A DNA stretch of 64,000 bases from Tubiluchus corallicola (taxonomy: Eukaryota; Animalia; Priapulida): contig JAQGDQ010000664.1 in assembly GCA_030141605.1 (NCBI GenBank), forward strand, positions 1 through 64,000. Direction: 5' to 3'. Of this stretch, positions 25,161-64,000 are shown one piece after another; the stretch's first letter is position 1, and every line of letters starts with the position of its first letter. The position numbers and the translations under genes were made by a program. Below the pieces are notes generated by a model, which ran no database searches, had not been told where the DNA came from, and saw only the letters and a list, made by a program, of their open reading frames with translations.

Positions 25161-27190
25161 TTTACAACTTTTACTATTATCGTTTTAAACACATAGAAGT
25201 CGCCTATAGTAAAGGAATATGCATGCTTTTTCATTAATTTTAATTTTACATCGATTTATTTTACATCCTTGTACGTATATTTTTAAATTGTGGTAGTACA
25301 CTGCATTTTATGTACATGTGACGTGGTGGTCTCTATTGTACATATGTAGCAGTTTTTATTGTACGTGTTTGTTTATACGGCATTTTTATCCGGAATAAAG
25401 TTCATCTGGTCTTTTTTAAATCTAGCTGCGCCAAGTTTTCCACATTGGCTTGGTACAGTTCTGAGATAATTAGCGGACTACCTACTGGACTTTCTTGTTA
25501 AGAAAGCTTTTTCTAAGAGAATAGAGCGTTAAGATAAATAATACAGATATCTAAAGAAAATTAATTAATTTGTCATATTACTATGTATATTGGACAAAAT
25601 GTGTAAGCAAATGATGTGTGATATGGTTGTGATTTAATCAGACTTATTGCAATTTTCACATGTTAAAAATGGCTAAACTAAATAATATATTTACAATAAA
25701 TTTATTTTAAAAAGTTCTGATGTCAAAGTTTAAATTTTGCTTTTAATCTTGCGTTGAAAAAATTCTTAAAAATGAAAAGACACACATCCTTATGAGACGA
25801 TTTTTCCACCTGTGTGTTTTTGTTAGCTTATTTCTCTTAATTTTCTCATTTCTCATATTTTTAGAAAATTATTTACACGAAACAAAACATTTTATAACTA
25901 CAATACTGGCAGTTCTCTGACTACCACATACCGAAAGCAAGAAAAGACCTTATGTAACATATTATTGGTTAGCAGGGCTCTGTTTTATGGAACAACTTGT
26001 CTTGTGATATAAAAAAAGCAAAGCGCACTCGTGTTTTAAAAAGAAAATGAGAATTATATTATAATTTTTTTATAATGCCAGATAACTTTTATTGTACAAT
26101 GTTATTACCTCCATTACTGGAACGTTTTTGCTATTTATTTTAGTGAATTTGGTCTTAAGTCAGGCGACTGCTTGGCCAGCCACAATATCATGAAAATGAT
26201 GTGAAGTATTTCATGTATCAGAATTGTATTTTTTATGTAAATTTTACAATTTACTACAATTTACATTTACATTCACTTTCTCTTTTATTTTTATTTATAT
26301 TGACAAATGTAAATTCTGTATTACATGTATCAATGTAATGTTTTATAGCAATAAATTGAAGCACTTGAACTTAAACTTACTTGTCTAATCCGCCTTTATG
26401 TTTCAATTTAAGCTGTAAGGTGCATGACCTTTTTTAAGAACAAACTATCTTATATTAGCTTTAAAAGTTTCATGCGTGATCACTTTAAAATAAATAACTA
26501 AATAAATATAAACAAATGCTTAATTTTCTTTATATTTATACACAAATTTAAATAAATTTAAACATCAACTTTCATTTAGCTAATTTTTTGTAAGAAATAC
26601 GAAGATTGTCATTAAATTATCAGAAATTAACATTATGGAAATTAATGTAGTTATTATTGTAATTCCACCTACTGCCACCATTATAGATTCATTGACGTCA
26701 TTATTGATTTAATCTCTCACCATCTTAGCCTAATTAGGCTTATTACAAATTAACCCAGTAACAATGCCATCATCCGTAGAGCAAGGTGTACCTTGAGCCC
26801 ATGCGACAGTTTTTATCTGTTTTCTAATTGTTCCGTTTTGTGTGGCATTATTCGGACTAATGTCCGAGAAGCAGCTGATTTGGTGCGGATCATTAGCGGA
26901 CGCAAGGTGGAGGATGTTAGCCGAGATGTACTAGAGTGATAAATGTCACCGCCTCCGGGGGAGAGGCGCTCGTGTGTCGGACGCGTGACTCCTCTCTGTC
27001 AACCATCATTATTAACTGCTAATTTGTATGGAAAGCATTATACGCCATTCCGATGCGCATGATGATAAGTGGTCAAGGAAAAAGCTATTTATAAGCCTAG
27101 CTTCTTCATCGAGAAAGCTAGCTTTTTGTTTGGTTGATGTCTTTTTGTCTTATAAGCAGTGCAGTTTGCATGGCATATAATGTAGGCTAT

Positions 27191-27520
27191 GTAGGCCTAC
27201 AGCCGCTTAGAATGTGATGTAGGCCCACAGCCGCTTAGAATGTAAGGTAGGCCTACAGCCGCTTAGAATGTAACGTAGGCCTACAGCTGCTTAGAATGTA
27301 AGGTAGGCCTACAGCCGCTTAGAATGTAACGTAGGCCTACAGCCGCTTAGAATGTAACGTAGGCCTACAGCCGCTTAGAATGTAACGTATGCCTACAGCC
27401 GTTTAGAGTGTAATGCAGGCCTACAACCGCTTAGAATGTAATGTAGGCCTACAGCCGCCTAGAATGTAATGCAGGCCTACAACCGCTTAAAATGTAATGT
27501 AGGCCTACAGCCGCTTAGAA
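27191..27520. repeat. 28-bp minisatellite, about 12 copies
   Basis: Unit GTAGGCCTACAGCCGCTTAGAATGTAAC. Confidence 0.95.
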
Positions 27521-29086
27521 GTAGCATCAATTATTTAACTACACATTGTTCTAAAACAAAGCATTCCATATGACGTATTGTCGAGCCATCACTATTGTTT
27601 TCAATTTTCATTTTCGTAAGTTTATAAACTTGATCTGTTCACAGGTAATTTACAAGAAACTGTGAAGCCGCTAATAGCCGTAATAAACCGTAATAATGTT
27701 TGAATAAAATGTACCGAGTTTGCTTTATATGATGATAGATAATCTTGCTTAGCGTGTTTGTTATTAGACTAAAAACCTGGATAAATATTTTGGGCAAAAT
27801 GCTTGCGCCGATATCAGGCACTTATTTTACCCTAACATGCACGCATCTATAGGTTAATTCTTCAAGGTATAAAAACAACTATATTCGGTGCTCGTAAAAT
27901 TACTTTGGTGTTTGGTAATGACTGAAATCGATACAATAGATTTTGAAAAATGTAGTTAAGAAGACTAGCTGCAACTCAAATGATTTTTTATCTTTTCTTA
28001 CCAGTATTATTATTTTTATTGCAACCGGTTGCAGCTTTATTCAGAATTCATTCATATTTAGGCAAAAATTTCTTCTTAATCAAAATTTCGGCTGAATTTG
28101 TGTGCAATCAGCCCAAATCACTTCATTCATATGTAAAAAGCAGCCAAATTACGTTACAGTATTGCATATACCAAGTGGACGAGCCGTTTCAATCGCATGA
28201 ACCGTCGCCACCGCCAACGTGCTGCAGGAGTACGAACATACCTTTACATAAGGTACCTCACTAAAGAATCCCTCGGTACTTATGTACAAAAAAGACAGGT
28301 GTATATAGTTAACAATATTACTGATCACATGTATGATATGACATCGTAGATAAAGTGCTAACTTCGGAGAATTGCTGGTCAAACCCCTCAAACACTAAAG
28401 TCATTCCGGCTTACTTCATTCCGAATTGAATAAAAAAAGTTCAATATAATAAAATAAGGGTTTGAACTTCTCGATAGTAATTGGAGAGTTCAGCAATTGT
28501 TCTAACGATTTGAAAGTGCTGAGCCATCCAGTCAGCCGAGTGATATCACCATAAATTGCTTTTGTTACATGTTAGAACAATTTAGAAATGTCTACAATGA
28601 GGATATCTATGCTGACTTTTTAATTGTAAATATAAATACATAAAACAGTTTGGTTACTCCTTTGTCAAGATAATAATAAAGATGATTATAACGATGATGA
28701 TGATGATGACGACGACGACGATAATGATGATGATGACAATAACTGATGATAGTGATAATTGTGATGATGATCACGATGATGACGATCTTGATAACGGCAG
28801 AATTGTATTTTGGACAAGTCAAATAAAATAAAACATAATATAATAAAACAAAATAAAATAAAAAACAAAATAAAACAAACAAAACAAAACGTAATATTAT
28901 AATATAAAATGAATCAAAGTTTATACACCAAAGTTATTTCAGTAATATCTGCTATAATACTGTACGAATATTTTCCAGGGCACCTAGGGTTTTGCTTTAC
29001 CATTTACTTGGAGAGTGGATTTATTATTACACCGGTATGCTAGTAAATTAAACGTTTATAATAAATTTATTTATATTGCGACTTAC

Positions 29087-29230
29087 CCTTACCAGTTGAT
29101 TGTGCAGGTAGTTTGTACAGTATTGTCTTTTATCTTCATCCGCTGACCGTTATGACTGACCGTCGGCCCGTATCCCTCTTCTTCCCGGCCTGTCCCGCAG
29201 TACAGGTAGATACTGGTATCAAGTATAGTT
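29087..29230 (-). other. gcm: Probable non-coding first exon (5' UTR) of GCM
   Basis: The GCM ATG exon starts with a splice acceptor, so an upstream exon is needed. Tandem minus-strand donors GTAAGG/GTAAGT at 29092/29086 lie next to a GC-richer, promoter-like motif cluster. The 5' end is approximate. Confidence 0.5.
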
Positions 29231-29400
29231 TCCTATGCGGACTTTAACTAGAGTTGTGCGGGCCTGCTTTTCTGATTAGTGATATATACCAATAAACAGT
29301 ATTGCGGCGTCTGTCAAAATGCAGGTAGGATGTACGTGAGCAGGTAACCAATCACTGGCACGTGCAGGTAACCAATGACACGTGCCCACACTTTGGTATC
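29100..29400. promoter_or_regulatory. Putative GCM promoter / GCM-SYCP2 shared regulatory region
   Basis: Five CAGGTA (29105, 29203, 29322, 29341, 29365), three CCAAT (29289, 29348, 29372), two CACGTG (29359, 29379), and GCM-site-like ATGCGGAC/GTGCGGGC (29235, 29256). Confidence 0.55.
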
Positions 29401-30971
29401 TGTTGCAGTTGCTGAATTAGACAAACGCAAGAAGAGCAATTGAGGCGTGTCTTTTTCCGCTTCTTCTTGTCGGGTCTTTAACGATGTAAAGAAAAATTTA
29501 GGAAAATTTTTGGGTTTGCGCTATAGTGGGTAAAATGCTCAGCGGCAGTTAATTAATTAGCTAGAATAATTGGGTAATTATTTATCGAGTTTGATTGATC
29601 TCTTCAACAAACCCAAAACTGATAGATCGATTGCCTGAGTTGAGGAGTGACAATAGCATTAATGTAGCAATTAATTTCTTGAAATAATTATTAGTTATGC
29701 TAATTTTTGTCTATGGACAATTTAGCTCAGCAATTGTTTAACAACGCCTATAATCGTCAAATGAGTTTCTACTTTTTATGTGTTAGGAAGGACTCTTCTG
29801 AATTAAAATTCGGTGATTATTAGTATTATTAGCTGAGTGCCTGTTAAAGGATTTATGAATGTTCAGACCTGATTTTTCAATTGTAAAGGAAGGTAACTCA
29901 GTAGCAAAGTTGACCGGAGTTGACCGATTTTAAAATCACGATTCGCGACTAAACCTAGACTTGATATTCATCTTTTTTTAGCAAATTATGGGCCTCACAA
30001 TTAAAGATTAAAAAAGAAGAAGATTAAAGAAGAAGCAGTAGCCTGATTAAATTTCGGTTGCAAATGATTAAGATCAATTGGGTGAGAGTCAATGAAAAAT
30101 AATTTTTGGCTTAATGTGCTAATTGTCCGTTTCAACGTTCATGGTCGCTAGATTTTGGTCCTTTGCTACATGTATATCAATTATCTTTTATTCAACAAAA
30201 AGAGACAGTAACACGATTAAGCATTACCAAACTTATGTATCGCGTAATGCTTATCAATCATTTTTAATTGTAGCTAGAAATCTAGTTTAATTAATTCTGC
30301 AAACGTTTTACAAATTAATCATAGCACAAGCTAGCTAAGATACAACACTACTGATAAAGTTTGTCAGAGGTTTAACGAAGAATCACCTTTTAATTTTAAT
30401 TTCATTGACTGTTTCAGGTTTTCGTAGTTCTACCTAAACGCTGCTTGCGCCGCTGTCGTCTGTTTATGCAATTGTTTTTTTGTGAATTATTTTCTGTAAC
30501 TTTATTTTTATATTTTTAACTATATTTGTTTTACTGAGATTATAAATTAATCAACTAACGAAGACTAACTCCCAAACAGTGTACAAAAGAACAAGGAGGA
30601 TGTGCTAAGCAATGAGTTCAGCCTGGCTCTGAATTTATTAATTAAACTGAAAACCACTTGCGTTCTTAGCACTTGCTGGTTCCGGCCATTATCTCACTGT
30701 CACATCATGACTCTGAAGCAAAGCTAAAAGCCTGAAAGTAAGTAAAACTGCTCAAATTAGCATTTCTGTAATTTAATGTAGTAGCTGCGTACCGTAGCCT
30801 ATAGTATATACGCTTTTTGCCATTAAGAGATTTTAACGTTTGTTTGCTGCAGTATTGAACTGTCTAACGTAAGTGTATAACTATAAGTATCTACAGAGGT
30901 ATGTTCTCTTGTTTTGTAGATTTCGCTGCACCTCCAGTTTCACATCTGAGAAAACTGAAGTGTAGAAAAAG

Positions 30972-63974
<33,003 letters not shown>

Positions 63975-64000
63975 GTGTTTGTGCCACATTTGTACACTAC

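Noticed and set aside
18600-30000. Su(H)/CSL site cluster expected from Notch regulation of sea urchin gcm
   Set aside because: No convincing cluster of GTG(G/A)GAA sites was seen by eye; a PWM scan would be needed.

Overview
AT-rich, microsatellite- and MITE-rich genomic DNA from an animal, most likely an invertebrate; most short ORFs in the track are simple-repeat artefacts. Two spliced genes can be reconstructed. (1) A complete glial cells missing (GCM) transcription factor gene on the minus strand has four coding exons (18613-18527, 16285-16036, 15345-15125, 13209-12202; 521 aa) and a probable non-coding first exon near 29.1-29.2 kb. (2) A SYCP2/SYCP2L-family meiotic axis gene on the plus strand starts near 30.9 kb and runs off the window end; more than 20 phase-consistent exons encode an ARM-like/PH-like N-terminus and a long disordered region. 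The two genes are head-to-head around a motif-dense ~1.5 kb interval, the arrangement I recall for human GCM2-SYCP2L. Downstream of GCM are the probable 5' exons of a third minus-strand gene next to an RFX X-box/forkhead cluster, possibly the MAK/CILK1-type ciliary neighbour seen in vertebrates. Also present: hAT, Tc1/pogo, Harbinger-like and Kolobok-like MITEs, LINE fragments, minisatellites, long hairpins, an exon duplication and a triplicated splice donor. Homology calls are from remembered family sequences, not database searches.
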